A stretch of 64,000 nucleotides of DNA from Candidatus Zixiibacteriota bacterium (GCA_043819555.1 JBDREQ010000064.1:1-64000); one strand, 5' to 3'. Numbered from the stretch's first letter, positions 9,365-20,954 are shown. The notes: a model not told the origin generated them from the letters alone. Made by a program: numbers and translations.

Positions 9365-10501
9365 TTAAGAGTTGCGGGTAAACTCGTTTTGAGCAAATCT
9401 ATCAGTCATTCCGGCAATATAATCTACCGTTAAACGCCGGTGAGGAACTTCGGGAAATTTCTTCCTGAATCCCTCCGGTATTCGCCTGATATCTTCAAGA
9501 TAATAGCTAAAGAGAAAAGATATGATTTCAAATGATTGTTCTTTCATGACATTTAAGCGAGCATGATGATACATGTTGCTTCTTAAGAATTTTCTCAGTT
9601 TATCATTAAACTGGCTTTGTTCTTCAGAAAATGAAATAACTCTTTGAGGACAATTTCGCGCGTCGGAAACGGACTCAATATGATTATCTTCTATTCTTTT
9701 CCTGATTTCTGTGGTCAAATCGAGAACATTAATATTCACCATGTAACGAACAAGGGCGCATCGAATCATATCTTCCGATTTATCACTCAAACCGGCCTCA
9801 ACCTTATCCGCGACCGGGCCCAAAAAATCAACATCGTGCAACATTTCCAATGTCAATAACCCACTGCCTAAGCCATCGTCTATATCGTGGCCATTGTAAG
9901 CTATTTCATCGGCAAGATTAACGATCTGCCCCTCTAACAAAGGATTTTCATTGGAATCGAAATCATCAGGGATAGAAATATCATGATCGGTCTCATGTTT
10001 AATAACCGCTTCGCGCACCTCGTAAGTCAAATTCAGGCCATAATGATCCGGATACCTTTTCTCCAGAAAATCAATTACGCGCAGCGATTGCATGTTATGA
10101 TTGAAACCGCCATCATGAGCCATCATCATGTTCAATACTTCTTCTCCGGCATGACCGAAGGGTGTATGGCCCAGATCGTGGGCCAATGCCACCGCTTCCG
10201 AGAAATCCTCATTCAAGAATAATGACCGCGCAATAGTTCGACTGATTTGTGCCACTTCGATAGTGTGGGTCAGCCGCGTCCGGTAATGATCTCGTGCTTT
10301 ATCGGCCAATCCCAAATTGGCAAATACCTGGGTTTTATGCTGTAATCGCCTGAAAGCGGTCGAATGAATTATCCGATCGCGATCACGCTGATATACCGAA
10401 CGTCTCGGATCTTCTTCGATTTTATACTTTCGGCCGCGGCTGTCTTTCGCCCGGGCGGCATATGGAGCGAGATTATTGATTTCATTATTTTTTGCCATCA
10501 T
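9365..10501 (-). CDS. dgt: Deoxyguanosinetriphosphate triphosphohydrolase (HD domain)
   Basis: 'RDRDRIIHSTAFRRLQHKTQVF', 'RTRLTHTIEVAQI', 'HDLGHTPFGHAGE', 'DYIAGMTD'. Confidence 0.95.
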   Translation of the reverse strand: MMAKNNEINNLAPYAARAKDSRGRKYKIEEDPRRSVYQRDRDRIIHSTAFRRLQHKTQVFANLGLADKARDHYRTRLTHTIEVAQISRTIARSLFLNEDFSEAVALAHDLGHTPFGHAGEEVLNMMMAHDGGFNHNMQSLRVIDFLEKRYPDHYGLNLTYEVREAVIKHETDHDISIPDDFDSNENPLLEGQIVNLADEIAYNGHDIDDGLGSGLLTLEMLHDVDFLGPVADKVEAGLSDKSEDMIRCALVRYMVNINVLDLTTEIRKRIEDNHIESVSDARNCPQRVISFSEEQSQFNDKLRKFLRSNMYHHARLNVMKEQSFEIISFLFSYYLEDIRRIPEGFRKKFPEVPHRRLTVDYIAGMTDRFAQNEFTRNS

Positions 10502-10535
10502 TATATATCCATCTTAGTTTGCGGCATATAATAGT

Positions 10536-11348
10536 CTATCTTCGCCAAATTCCCAGTAAAACCGTATGAGTTAATCCCAACACGGGGTGATGTGAGAATT
10601 TATATTCAAAAGTCATTTTATGATGTTCAAATTTCAGGCCGCCTCCTATCCTTACCGGCGCCAACACCAGAGCCCAATTGATATGGGCATATTCAGCCAT
10701 TTGGAAATCCTGAGACAATTCCGCTGTCGGCTTCTGGTCCCGGATAAATAAAAACCGGATTTGAGAATCGAGTCCTGCTTTGTTTTTGTAGGATGCGCCC
10801 ACTTCCGCTTCGGTCGGTATATCGCTTTTACCATTGGCATAAGACGGCTGGCCAATCGCGCGAAGCATCCCATATCCGGAAATATCGTTGACTTTGAACA
10901 TCAAACCTGAAGTTACCATTATTGCCGAAATTGATTCATATTTTTCATTAAAAGAAATACGGCTATGGATGACAGATAGACCGATTGATATTTCGCGATA
11001 TTTATAATTTCCGGCCAGCGATAGGCCGGTTTGCTGAAAATAACTTGATTCCCCGAAATTTGAAAATCCGGCTGCCAATTGAAATTTGTCGAATGAATAT
11101 GCTAATCCCGCCCGGCTATCGGTTAATTCGCTTAAGCCGTAGAGCGAACGATACGAGGTCTGCAAAGTTAATCTTTTACCGGTCAGGGCGAAGGGATATT
11201 GAGAGATATCAAGAGCTCCGGCATTATAATGATCGATATAACCATGTGAAAAAACCTGATTATCCAGATATGACATGCCGCCTGCAAAGGTGATTTGGCA
11301 AAGTGGCAAAAAAATGAATCCAAATATGATGATTAAACGAATTATCAT
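10536..11348 (-). CDS. Putative outer-membrane beta-barrel protein (PorV/PorQ-like)
   Basis: Signal peptide, alternating amphipathic strands, C-terminal 'HPVLGLTH' segment. Confidence 0.55.
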   Translation of the reverse strand: MIIRLIIIFGFIFLPLCQITFAGGMSYLDNQVFSHGYIDHYNAGALDISQYPFALTGKRLTLQTSYRSLYGLSELTDSRAGLAYSFDKFQLAAGFSNFGESSYFQQTGLSLAGNYKYREISIGLSVIHSRISFNEKYESISAIMVTSGLMFKVNDISGYGMLRAIGQPSYANGKSDIPTEAEVGASYKNKAGLDSQIRFLFIRDQKPTAELSQDFQMAEYAHINWALVLAPVRIGGGLKFEHHKMTFEYKFSHHPVLGLTHTVLLGIWRR

Positions 11349-12211
11349 GGTACGATCACTATCGTTCTTTTTTGTTCATGATCCTCATCGCCTTGAATTC
11401 GAGCATAAAGAATATAAATTCCTACGGCAAGCATCTGATTATTATCATCTGTTCCGTCCCACTCAATTTCACCGGGAATTGTTTCTGAAGATTCGAATAA
11501 CGTTCTCAATTTTCTTCCGGAAATATCATATATGAATAGATCAAACGAACTACCGGGCGGAATATCATACGTTATAAACGCGTTATCTTCAAAACCATCG
11601 CCATTGGGTGAAAACGGGTCAGGAGTAATTTCAATTTCAATGCCATCAGGGCGAAAAGGGACAAAACTATTTGCTCTCCCCGGCGATGACCCGGTCTTAT
11701 CATATGATTGCCCCCAATATGATTCCCCCATCGCATCTACGTATCTTTCCCAACTTCGATTTTCCGGAAATACCTCTTCGTAGTAAAAACTATCAAGTGG
11801 GGGCGAATCAATAATTCCCAATCTTATTTTATCTCCGCCTGAATTATTGAGAATCTTCCATCCCTCCGGCTCAATGACAATGCCCTCAAAATCATAATAA
11901 TAATTGAGAAATGATGACTTATTCTGGGCCACTATTATATAGGCAGATCCCGAAATAAAAATACCCGTATCCGAGATATTTGCCCAGCCGAGGTTATCGC
12001 CAATGGCATATTTAGATAAATCAATGGTCGTATCAGCGCCAAAATATAGCTCGATCCATTCGCTTTCCAAATCACCAGATGGATTGGCCAGGAATTCGTT
12101 TATTCTTACTTCACCCAATATATTCGGCGATGACATCACCGATATTAGCATTAAAACAATTAAGAACTTCACTAACCTCAGACTCATTAGATTCTCCAGA
12201 TTATATCCCAC
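11345..12211 (-). CDS. Lamin-tail-domain protein with C-terminal FlgD-Ig/'PNGDG' sorting-type domain
   Basis: 'VRINEFLANPSGD..EWIELY', 'LNNSGGD.I.L', 'SPGRANS' (LTD); 'PDPFSPNGDG..D', 'IYDISGRKLR', 'WDGTD....L.VGIYI'. Confidence 0.85.
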   Translation of the reverse strand: MGYNLENLMSLRLVKFLIVLMLISVMSSPNILGEVRINEFLANPSGDLESEWIELYFGADTTIDLSKYAIGDNLGWANISDTGIFISGSAYIIVAQNKSSFLNYYYDFEGIVIEPEGWKILNNSGGDKIRLGIIDSPPLDSFYYEEVFPENRSWERYVDAMGESYWGQSYDKTGSSPGRANSFVPFRPDGIEIEITPDPFSPNGDGFEDNAFITYDIPPGSSFDLFIYDISGRKLRTLFESSETIPGEIEWDGTDDNNQMLAVGIYILYARIQGDEDHEQKRTIVIVP

Positions 12212-13824
12212 CGCATAGTCACATACCTTTGATCGGTATAATCGGCCCGGTATCGATAACCATACCGGATATAAGAACTGATATTTTTGCTGATAGTCGT
12301 CTCATGCGATATTGTCGAGTAAATGTAATTGTTCCTTATGTCCGTCAGTTTTATTCTATCCAGCTTTATAAGAATATGTAAATTCCCCAATCGGTTTTTT
12401 ACATTGGCTTCAGCCAACAACAGATAGTCGTTGCGATTATTGTATCTGTCAAAATAATATCCTACTGCTAAACGTCCGGTTAGGGCTGAGCGATTTTTGT
12501 TAATTTCAAACTGGATTCGCCTCTGTGCCTTGTCAGTAGAATATAAATTATCATACTTCCAATAACAATTGAGTTTTGCGGTATAATTTTCCGACAAGAA
12601 GCGAATGATTCCGGTTTTTGCCTCCAGCCGGTTATCATCGGCAAAACGATCGGCGTATCCCAAAAATGATGTAAATTGAGTGCCTTTGGTCATTGAGTAA
12701 GATGTATTGATGGCGCCTCCTGTTTCTCCTGCATAACGGTCGGAATATGAATAATCGATATCATCCGAATACAGGGTTCGGCTTCGGCGTGAAGATGGCC
12801 CCCCCGAAAAATATGACGGATACCGATTATCATAATGCCATCCGTTGATAATGAGTAAAGTGGAATTTTTGTCCCAGCGAACCATGATAGCCGCAGCCGA
12901 AGTGATTTTATTGTCATGATAAGCCAAAGCGATTTCGCCCTCTCTTAGCGGCGATGTATCCGTCGCAATGCCCAATGATATAAAGGTCGCATTGATTTTG
13001 TTATCATTGTCTCGGTTAGCGATGCGGCCATGCGCCCCCGATAAGATAGCGGGCGCTGAAAACAAATTGAACGGAATTGATATGCCGGAAAGAAATTTCA
13101 TGAAGGCATCATTGCGATCATAATCGATAATCAATTTTGCTTCACCATGTTTTACAGGCCGGTACAATAAAATCCCGTTCGATCCGCCGTAATTGGGAAG
13201 CAGGAATTTTTCCATATCGTCCCGCTCGGCGGATTTGGAAAAGAGTTGTCCATGATATCCATAAATCAAGCCCATCGAGAATTTTTCTTTATAATTTCCC
13301 AACGTAAGCATGGCCGGGGTTTTATCAGTACTCGGAAAGCTGAATCTGGCATACCTCCTTAACCATCTTTGATTACCGGCATAGCTGTGTTCCCATTCAC
13401 CATAGATTTCAAAATGATTATTTGTTCCAAAATAACGGATCAGCCTCTGATTTTCCTGCTCAGGTTCTAATTTTTGATATTGCCGAAATAAAACACTTTG
13501 ATTGAGTGTTTTTTCATGTTTTTGCGCCTGGGTCGCTTCCCCCGTTGATGCCTCCTTTGAGATATCTTTGATATATGGATTTGAAGAAAACCCAGCAATC
13601 AAGTCAGGGTATTGCACTATAATTTGAGAATCAGCCGGAGTTAGTGATTCTTTTCTAATTATCTCCAGCAGCTCGATATAATCATTATACTCCAGAAATC
13701 CGCTTTCAAATGCTTCGTTTATTTCCTCCGGCGAAGGGATGTGTATATTGGATTCCCCATACGAAGCGGAGCTGAAGAAATATAGAATAATTAATAATGC
13801 GAGGAGCCCTGATTTAAATTTCAC
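12187..13824 (-). CDS. Putative outer-membrane beta-barrel protein, FCB 'helix-hairpin-helix-associated' type
   Basis: Signal peptide, helical N-domain, 'LGNY...F..GL' motif, Tyr/Arg-rich strands, aromatic C-terminus. Confidence 0.5.
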   Translation of the reverse strand: MKFKSGLLALLIILYFFSSASYGESNIHIPSPEEINEAFESGFLEYNDYIELLEIIRKESLTPADSQIIVQYPDLIAGFSSNPYIKDISKEASTGEATQAQKHEKTLNQSVLFRQYQKLEPEQENQRLIRYFGTNNHFEIYGEWEHSYAGNQRWLRRYARFSFPSTDKTPAMLTLGNYKEKFSMGLIYGYHGQLFSKSAERDDMEKFLLPNYGGSNGILLYRPVKHGEAKLIIDYDRNDAFMKFLSGISIPFNLFSAPAILSGAHGRIANRDNDNKINATFISLGIATDTSPLREGEIALAYHDNKITSAAAIMVRWDKNSTLLIINGWHYDNRYPSYFSGGPSSRRSRTLYSDDIDYSYSDRYAGETGGAINTSYSMTKGTQFTSFLGYADRFADDNRLEAKTGIIRFLSENYTAKLNCYWKYDNLYSTDKAQRRIQFEINKNRSALTGRLAVGYYFDRYNNRNDYLLLAEANVKNRLGNLHILIKLDRIKLTDIRNNYIYSTISHETTISKNISSYIRYGYRYRADYTDQRYVTMRWDIIWRI

Positions 13825-15238
13825 CGTACTTTTTTAGCTTGCGATATAAAGTTCGTTCGCCTATCCCCAATTTATTCGCCGCTTCACGGCGATTGCCTCC
13901 GGTCGCCTGCAACGTCCGAAGAATTAATTCTTCTTCCATATCCTCGACGGTTTTGATGGATGTTTCCCGGGGAGTTTCTTCGGTAAAAACCGTTTCGCCT
14001 CTTCCCGGGAGATTATCGACAATCAAATCGCGCAGGATGCGGATTTCCTGACCCAAAGACAGCAATGCTTGATAGATTAGTTGAAATTCGGCTTCCTGAG
14101 GCGATTTACCGGTTACAACCGGAAGTGTTCGTTCGCTATATCCCTGTTCTTCAATGTACTGAATAACTTGCTGTTCTGAAATTTCGCCTTTTCCGCCCGA
14201 AACGATTATTCGGTTTACAAAATTCCGAAGCTGCCTGATATTTCCAGGCCAGCCATAATTTAAAAGCAGTTCCATCGCTTTTCCGGAAACAAGGCGCGTC
14301 GTTCCCGTTTCTTTAAGAAAAAAGTAATTCAACAAAGGCATAATATCAGCTTGGCGGTGGATAAGCCCGGTCAAGTTTATCCGCATCGCTCCCAGCCGAT
14401 AATACAGGTCTTCCCTGAATTCATTGTCGGAAATGGCGTCAAGAAGCTCGCGATTGGTAGCGGCGACAATACGCACATCGGTATGAACCAATTCACCACC
14501 GCCCACACGATAAAAAGTGCCCTCTTCCAACACCCTCAAAAGTTTGACCTGCAAAGCTGGCGACGTTTCCCCTATTTCATCCAGGAAAACCGTTCCTCCG
14601 TCAGCACGTTTGAAAATACCTTCGCGGCGTCCAATTGCCCCGGTAAATGAGCCTTTTTCATAGCCAAATAGTTCGGATTCCAAAAGAGTCTCAGCAAGAG
14701 CCCCGCAATTTACCGCGACATAAGGCTTTCCCTTTCTGCCGGAAAAATCATGAACGGCCCGAGCAACCAATTCTTTTCCCGACCCGGACGGTCCGATAAT
14801 CAAAGTAGAAATATTCGTTGGCGCGACTTGCGCGATCATTTCCGCCGTGCGTTTTAGATTGGCGGATTTCCCCGACAGTCCATAATCTTCCAACTTTTCC
14901 CTGATGCGCAGACATGAATTAATTCGCGCTTGAAAATCCGCAGCCTCGGTAAGCGGTGAGATTACATTATCGACTATGTAATCGGGCAAATGATGTCCAT
15001 TCGTATCGGAGATGAGCCAGAATTCCGCTTCAGGGATCTTTCGATACACCCTAAATACCAGAGATTCCGAATATTGCGAATGATTGGTGTCAATCAGGAT
15101 TATCTCATACTCTTGCTTTTTGACCGCTTCAAAGAGATTTGAAGGTTCCCACAAACGCTGCGCCTGTCCACTGTCTAAAACGATTTCAAGAAAACCGTGT
15201 TCTTCTTCTGAAAACACCAAAATGTTTGGCATAACCAT
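13814..15238 (-). CDS. Sigma54-dependent Fis-family enhancer-binding protein with degenerate receiver-like N-terminus
   Basis: 'GPSGSGKE', 'ESELFGYEKGSFTGA', 'VFLDEIGE', 'FREDLYYRL', 'WPGNIRQL', HTH 'LGIGERTLYRKLK'. Confidence 0.93.
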   Translation of the reverse strand: MVMPNILVFSEEEHGFLEIVLDSGQAQRLWEPSNLFEAVKKQEYEIILIDTNHSQYSESLVFRVYRKIPEAEFWLISDTNGHHLPDYIVDNVISPLTEAADFQARINSCLRIREKLEDYGLSGKSANLKRTAEMIAQVAPTNISTLIIGPSGSGKELVARAVHDFSGRKGKPYVAVNCGALAETLLESELFGYEKGSFTGAIGRREGIFKRADGGTVFLDEIGETSPALQVKLLRVLEEGTFYRVGGGELVHTDVRIVAATNRELLDAISDNEFREDLYYRLGAMRINLTGLIHRQADIMPLLNYFFLKETGTTRLVSGKAMELLLNYGWPGNIRQLRNFVNRIIVSGGKGEISEQQVIQYIEEQGYSERTLPVVTGKSPQEAEFQLIYQALLSLGQEIRILRDLIVDNLPGRGETVFTEETPRETSIKTVEDMEEELILRTLQATGGNRREAANKLGIGERTLYRKLKKYGEI

Positions 15239-15242
15239 TAAT

Positions 15243-17414
15243 TTAATTCCTCTTTCTCAAGCATCTTCTTCCATGGGGTTTCTTACTTAGATTATTTCCG
15301 CTAACCACAAATAAGTCAATCTCCTTTGCTTCCTTATCCACCTTCATAACCCCGACTCGAATCTTATCTCCCAGCCTGAATACTCTGCCTCGCCGCCTCC
15401 CCTTTAGCAGATAGTTTGCTTCATCGAAGTTATAATAATCATCATCCATTGTCGAAAGACGAATCATCCCTTCGCATTCGGGTCCGCTTATGCGCACAAA
15501 AAATCCAAAGTTCATTACTCCCGAAATAATCCCATCATATTCCGACCCAACCTGGCCCGCCATATAGGCGACCTGCTTGGCCTTAACGGCGTCGCGCTCG
15601 GCTTCCATCGCCCGCCGTTCCATGGCTGAGCAATGTTTGCCGGTATTGTTCAATATTATACCCAGTTTCTGGCTCGTTTTAACCGGGTATTTATTCTTTT
15701 TCAGCATTTTCAAAAGGCGATGGACAAGTAAATCCGGATACCTCCGAATCGGCGAAGTAAAATGGAGATAATGTTTAAATGCCAATCCAAAGTGGCCAAT
15801 ATTCTCGGGCTGATAGACGGCCTTGGCCATCGAGCGCAGGAGAAGTTCATTGATAAAATCTTCTTCCGGCTGACCCTTAATCTTCTTCAGTAATTTCGCG
15901 AAATCGCCGGTTGGCATTGTCGGCGAGACTGGAAATCGATAACCAAGTTTGGAAATCAAAAATGAAAAGGCTTCCACTTTTTCCATATTGGGTCGATCAT
16001 GAACGCGGTATAAAGTCGGCAAAGCATGATGAAGAAAATGATAAGCCACCTGGCGATTGGCGGCCAGCATGAATTCTTCAACAAGCCGATGCGATTCGCG
16101 CCTGACCCGATTTCCAATTTCTATCACATTCCCCTGCTTGTCCAGGATTATTTTGGCTTCGGGCAAATCAAAATCAAGCGAACCGGCTTTTTGGCGCCGG
16201 GCTAAAAGAATTTTCGCCAGTTCTCGCATAATCGTTAAATCATCGGCAATACGGTCAATGCGCGGACACGGTATTCCAGTATCAAAATAATCCTGAACTT
16301 CGTCATAACTTAATTTGGCACGCGATCTGATGACCGATGGAAACAGTTCGTAATCGAGAACTTTGCCGGTCTTATCAAAATCAATAATTATCGAGAACGC
16401 CAGTCTCTTCCGATTGGGCATCAGCGAGCAGACATTATTGGATAATATCTCAGGAAGCATTGGAATAACCCGGTCGGGGAAATAAACCGACGTCGCCCTG
16501 CTATACGCTTCTTTATCAAGCCTGGTATTGGCAATAACGAAATGCGACACATCAGCGATGTGAACTCCCAGTCGATAGATATCTCCCTCTTTTTTTATTG
16601 AAACAGCATCATCATGATCTTTGGCATCGGCAGGATCAATTGTAAATGAGTTGAGATTCGTCAAATCGGAACGCCTGGAGATTTCGCCTTGCCAGTCGCT
16701 GATAACGGCGTCTGCCTCGCGCTGAATTTCCTCGGGAAATTCCATTGGGAGATCATATGCCCTGATAATCGATAACATATCCACGCCCGGATCGCCGGGA
16801 AAACCAAGCCTCTCAGAGATCTCACCTTCCGGATTCAATGACGGATGTTCCCATTCAACCAGCCTGACGACAACTTTTTCGCCATTCGCGGCATCCATTG
16901 TTTTGCCCCTGATAATATAAATGTCGCGATTGATATTTTTCGCATCGGGAATAACGAAGGCGTATCCGCGGCCTTTTCGAAATGTACCTACAATCGATTG
17001 TAATTTACGCTCGACAACCTTGATGACTATTCCGGTGCGTTTGCCTTTGAAGCCAAATCCCGGCTTGAGCCTGACCAGAACTTTGTCGCCGCCAAATGCG
17101 GTCAGAGTATCTCCGGGGGCGATATAAATCTCTTCATCGGTCCCTTCCGGCGTGCAAAAACCCATTCCAGATTTAGTGATTTGTATAATTCCACTAATCA
17201 AATCCATCGCTTCGGGAAGGCCGATGCGATTCCGCTTGAGGCTGACCAGTTTCCCCTTATCCAGCAGGCTCTTAATCTTCCCGCGAAATGACGAATACGC
17301 GGAATCCTGGATTCCCATTGCTTTGGCCAATTCGCGAACTTTCATCGGATGATCAGCGTTTAAGCGAATGAATTGAAGAATCTGGTTAGAGCTTTCTGAG
17401 CGTTTCTTTTTCAT
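15243..17414 (-). CDS. rnr: Ribonuclease R
   Basis: 'TIDPADAKDHDDA', 'VHIADVSHF', 'HFTSPIRRYPDLLVHR', C-terminal S1 domain. Confidence 0.96.
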   Translation of the reverse strand: MKKKRSESSNQILQFIRLNADHPMKVRELAKAMGIQDSAYSSFRGKIKSLLDKGKLVSLKRNRIGLPEAMDLISGIIQITKSGMGFCTPEGTDEEIYIAPGDTLTAFGGDKVLVRLKPGFGFKGKRTGIVIKVVERKLQSIVGTFRKGRGYAFVIPDAKNINRDIYIIRGKTMDAANGEKVVVRLVEWEHPSLNPEGEISERLGFPGDPGVDMLSIIRAYDLPMEFPEEIQREADAVISDWQGEISRRSDLTNLNSFTIDPADAKDHDDAVSIKKEGDIYRLGVHIADVSHFVIANTRLDKEAYSRATSVYFPDRVIPMLPEILSNNVCSLMPNRKRLAFSIIIDFDKTGKVLDYELFPSVIRSRAKLSYDEVQDYFDTGIPCPRIDRIADDLTIMRELAKILLARRQKAGSLDFDLPEAKIILDKQGNVIEIGNRVRRESHRLVEEFMLAANRQVAYHFLHHALPTLYRVHDRPNMEKVEAFSFLISKLGYRFPVSPTMPTGDFAKLLKKIKGQPEEDFINELLLRSMAKAVYQPENIGHFGLAFKHYLHFTSPIRRYPDLLVHRLLKMLKKNKYPVKTSQKLGIILNNTGKHCSAMERRAMEAERDAVKAKQVAYMAGQVGSEYDGIISGVMNFGFFVRISGPECEGMIRLSTMDDDYYNFDEANYLLKGRRRGRVFRLGDKIRVGVMKVDKEAKEIDLFVVSGNNLSKKPHGRRCLRKRN

Positions 17415-17500
17415 ATGGGAATCCGTTTTTAAAAGAATTTGGGATGATTAATCAAGTTTGTCAAGTAAATATTGGCGCATTACTGCCAATTTGGCAGAAA

Positions 17501-17533
17501 AATAAGGGGCCAGGCATATCCTGACCCCCTTAA
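17501..17533 (-). terminator. Intrinsic terminator after spy-like genes
   Basis: TAAGGGG...CCCCTTA inverted repeat next to an A/T run. Confidence 0.55.
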
Positions 17534-17563
17534 GGGATTCATTGAGAAGGGAATCATTTTACG

Positions 17564-18088
17564 TTAAAGACCACAACCATCGCGGTGGCGCATTCCCATT
17601 CCATGGCCGCCTTGTCCCATCCCCTTTGGCGGATGTTCGAGCTTTAATTCATCAAGTTTCTTGATTTGATCTTCAGTCAGAATATCATGTAATTCAAATC
17701 GGTGGCGCAATCTCATCTCTGAAATCTGGCCTTTGAGTTTGGTGATTTCGGAATTCAGCGAAAGCATACTGTTTTTGTCGGGAGAGTCCGAATGCATTTC
17801 ACTGCGAAGACGCAGTTCAAGCTTTTTCAAATCCGCCCGTAAATCAATCATCGCTTCCTGGTTAGACAATTGCATTGATTTGATTTTGTCAATCTGCTGA
17901 TCGGTTAGTTCGAGAGCTTCAGCATGTCTTAAAATATTCCCCGGATGATGCCCCTTTTCAAACCGCTCACCTTGTCCAAATTTATTGCATCCGGCTTCTC
18001 CCATTTGTCCCTTGCCATGTCCGTGCATCTGGGCAGCAGCGGTTCCGGCAAAGAGAACTACTATCAGAAGTATTAATGTCCGTTTCAT
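17564..18088 (-). CDS. Spy/CpxP/ZraP-family periplasmic chaperone (His/Met-rich)
   Basis: Start reassigned to MKRTLILL (AGGAG RBS). LTxxQ motifs 'LELTDQQ' and 'ILTEDQ'. Confidence 0.85.
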   Translation of the reverse strand: MKRTLILLIVVLFAGTAAAQMHGHGKGQMGEAGCNKFGQGERFEKGHHPGNILRHAEALELTDQQIDKIKSMQLSNQEAMIDLRADLKKLELRLRSEMHSDSPDKNSMLSLNSEITKLKGQISEMRLRHRFELHDILTEDQIKKLDELKLEHPPKGMGQGGHGMGMRHRDGCGL

Positions 18089-18104
18089 GTCTAATCTCCT
18101 TTTT

Positions 18105-18620
18105 TTAAATTCCATCATCATTGGGAGGGAATGGCCCGCCCCGTTTTCGATCAAACAGGGTCTCAAGCAAATCCCTCTCAAAATGTTCCTTAAAGAGGAC
18201 AAACTTCCCCTTTTGATAAATATCAAGGATATTGGAAAGTTTATTGGCCAATACGTTCTTTTCCTCACCCATTTTTTTCTCATTATAATTTAATAACTCG
18301 AACATCCGTTCAATATCTTGTTGTGCGTTTTCCTGTTTAACAAAACCGGACAAAGAATCAAGTATCATCATTCTCTCCTGGTGTAACTCCCGCATTTGTT
18401 TGCGGTGCGTATTAAAAACCGGCAGAAATTTATCGGCTTGCTCTTCAGTCATCTCCAGCGTCTCAATAAGTTTCATCTTTCGAAGTGTCTCAAAATTCTC
18501 AGCGCTGCGATGTTTGCCGTTTTTGCTTCCGGGTCCTCTTCCGCGATGCTGGGCATTGGCGGGGAGGTTTAGGGTAAATATCAGCATGATCAATGCCGCG
18601 ATTGCAATTATCCGCTTCAT
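18105..18620 (-). CDS. Spy/CpxP-like periplasmic helical protein
   Basis: Signal peptide; 'LEMTEEQADKF' and 'ILDIYQKGKF' LTxxQ-like motifs. Confidence 0.75.
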   Translation of the reverse strand: MKRIIAIAALIMLIFTLNLPANAQHRGRGPGSKNGKHRSAENFETLRKMKLIETLEMTEEQADKFLPVFNTHRKQMRELHQERMMILDSLSGFVKQENAQQDIERMFELLNYNEKKMGEEKNVLANKLSNILDIYQKGKFVLFKEHFERDLLETLFDRKRGGPFPPNDDGI

Positions 18621-18623
18621 AAT

Positions 18624-19205
18624 TTATATCTCCATTGTAAAGTTTTCGCTTAGCCATGCCAATTCTTCTTCAGTCAGGTTTTCAAGCAGATCAAAGGCCT
18701 GGTCCGACTCTATCTGTGACGTAATATAATCGGTCGTCGATTCATCGATGAATTCGCCCAATATATTTTCATCCGAATCGAAAATCATTTCGGCCAGCAA
18801 ATCGGTATCGATGTTATCCGAATTAATTTCCGTCCAGTCGAGAGCTGTCGTTATTTGATTTGGACTTTCCGGCGAATAAATAAACAAAACAATTAGGGCT
18901 ACCACTGCGACCGCTGATGCCATTCTAATCCATGAAAATATATTTCGTTCCCGGGGTTGCACCGGTATCGGCGCCGGTTCGTCGATCATTTTCTTTCTAA
19001 GCCCCGATTCGAGCCGCGCCGCTTCCTTTTCAGTCAATTCAAAACCAGCAAGGGGGGCCAACATTTCCGACATTTGCGCAAACTCGTTATAGTATGCCCG
19101 GCACTCGTCGCACGACTCGATATGATTTTGCATCTCATCCGGCAATTTCATTGGAGAACCGGTAAAGAGCTCATCCATCTTTGATTTGAATTCATGACAT
19201 TTCAT
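18624..19205 (-). CDS. Zinc-binding anti-sigma factor (zf-HC2)
   Basis: 'HIESCDEC' (HxxxCxxC), one TM helix, overlaps the ECF sigma gene. Confidence 0.85.
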   Translation of the reverse strand: MKCHEFKSKMDELFTGSPMKLPDEMQNHIESCDECRAYYNEFAQMSEMLAPLAGFELTEKEAARLESGLRKKMIDEPAPIPVQPRERNIFSWIRMASAVAVVALIVLFIYSPESPNQITTALDWTEINSDNIDTDLLAEMIFDSDENILGEFIDESTTDYITSQIESDQAFDLLENLTEEELAWLSENFTMEI

Positions 19206-19734
19206 AGAACTTACTCATTGATATTTTTAGTTTTTTCAACGCCTCAGCATAATTTGTCTTGGCCGCCGACGCTGAGATTTCTAAAACTTCGGCGATTTCA
19301 TTAAACTTCATCTGTTCATAATACCGCATATTGAAAACCAATTTCTGCCGCGGAGGCAAATCAGTCACGACCTCCATTATCTTTTGACCCGATTCCTTGT
19401 TGACAATCTTCCCATGAGGCGATTCTTCACTGGAGGGTGTATCAAAATCATCAGGCAAGGGCAATTCCCGTTTTGCCTTTTTCAAATAATTTTTGGTTTT
19501 GTTGGCGGCGATTTGAAACAGCCACGAAGAGAACTGCGCGTCCTGCCTAAAACCGTTCAGGTTCTGCCACGCCGCCAGGAAAGTATCCTGGGTCAAGTCA
19601 AGAGCCGCTTCTCTGTTTGCCGTCATTCTCATAACAAATCCAAAAATCCTGTTTTGATATTCCCGGACGAGTTCGGTAAAAGCGTTTTTGTCGCCCTTTG
19701 CCGCTTTTTCTATGAGTTCCATCTCGCCTGTCAT
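19192..19734 (-). CDS. ECF RNA polymerase sigma-70 factor
   Basis: 'GDKNAFTELV..YQ', 'DLTQDTFL', 'FSSWLFQIA.N', 'LPPRQKLVF', 'EIAEVL'. Confidence 0.95.
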   Translation of the reverse strand: MTGEMELIEKAAKGDKNAFTELVREYQNRIFGFVMRMTANREAALDLTQDTFLAAWQNLNGFRQDAQFSSWLFQIAANKTKNYLKKAKRELPLPDDFDTPSSEESPHGKIVNKESGQKIMEVVTDLPPRQKLVFNMRYYEQMKFNEIAEVLEISASAAKTNYAEALKKLKISMSKFYEMS

Positions 19735-19850
19735 ATCATTATTTATACTTTCTGTAAATTAGACACCCCAACCCGGAAAAAGACCAATGGGAAATGACAT
19801 CCCCCGACTATACCTCCTAAGATATGTCATTTCGATAGATTCGGAGCAAC

Positions 19851-19880
19851 AAAAAAACGGCCCAAATAAATTGAGCCGTT
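19851..19880 (-). terminator. Intrinsic terminator after mreB
   Basis: AACGGC...GCCGTT stem with T7 tail on the minus strand. Confidence 0.6.
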
Positions 19881-19910
19881 ATTGAATTTCATATGATTGT
19901 ATTAAAAAAA

Positions 19911-20954
<1,044 letters not shown>

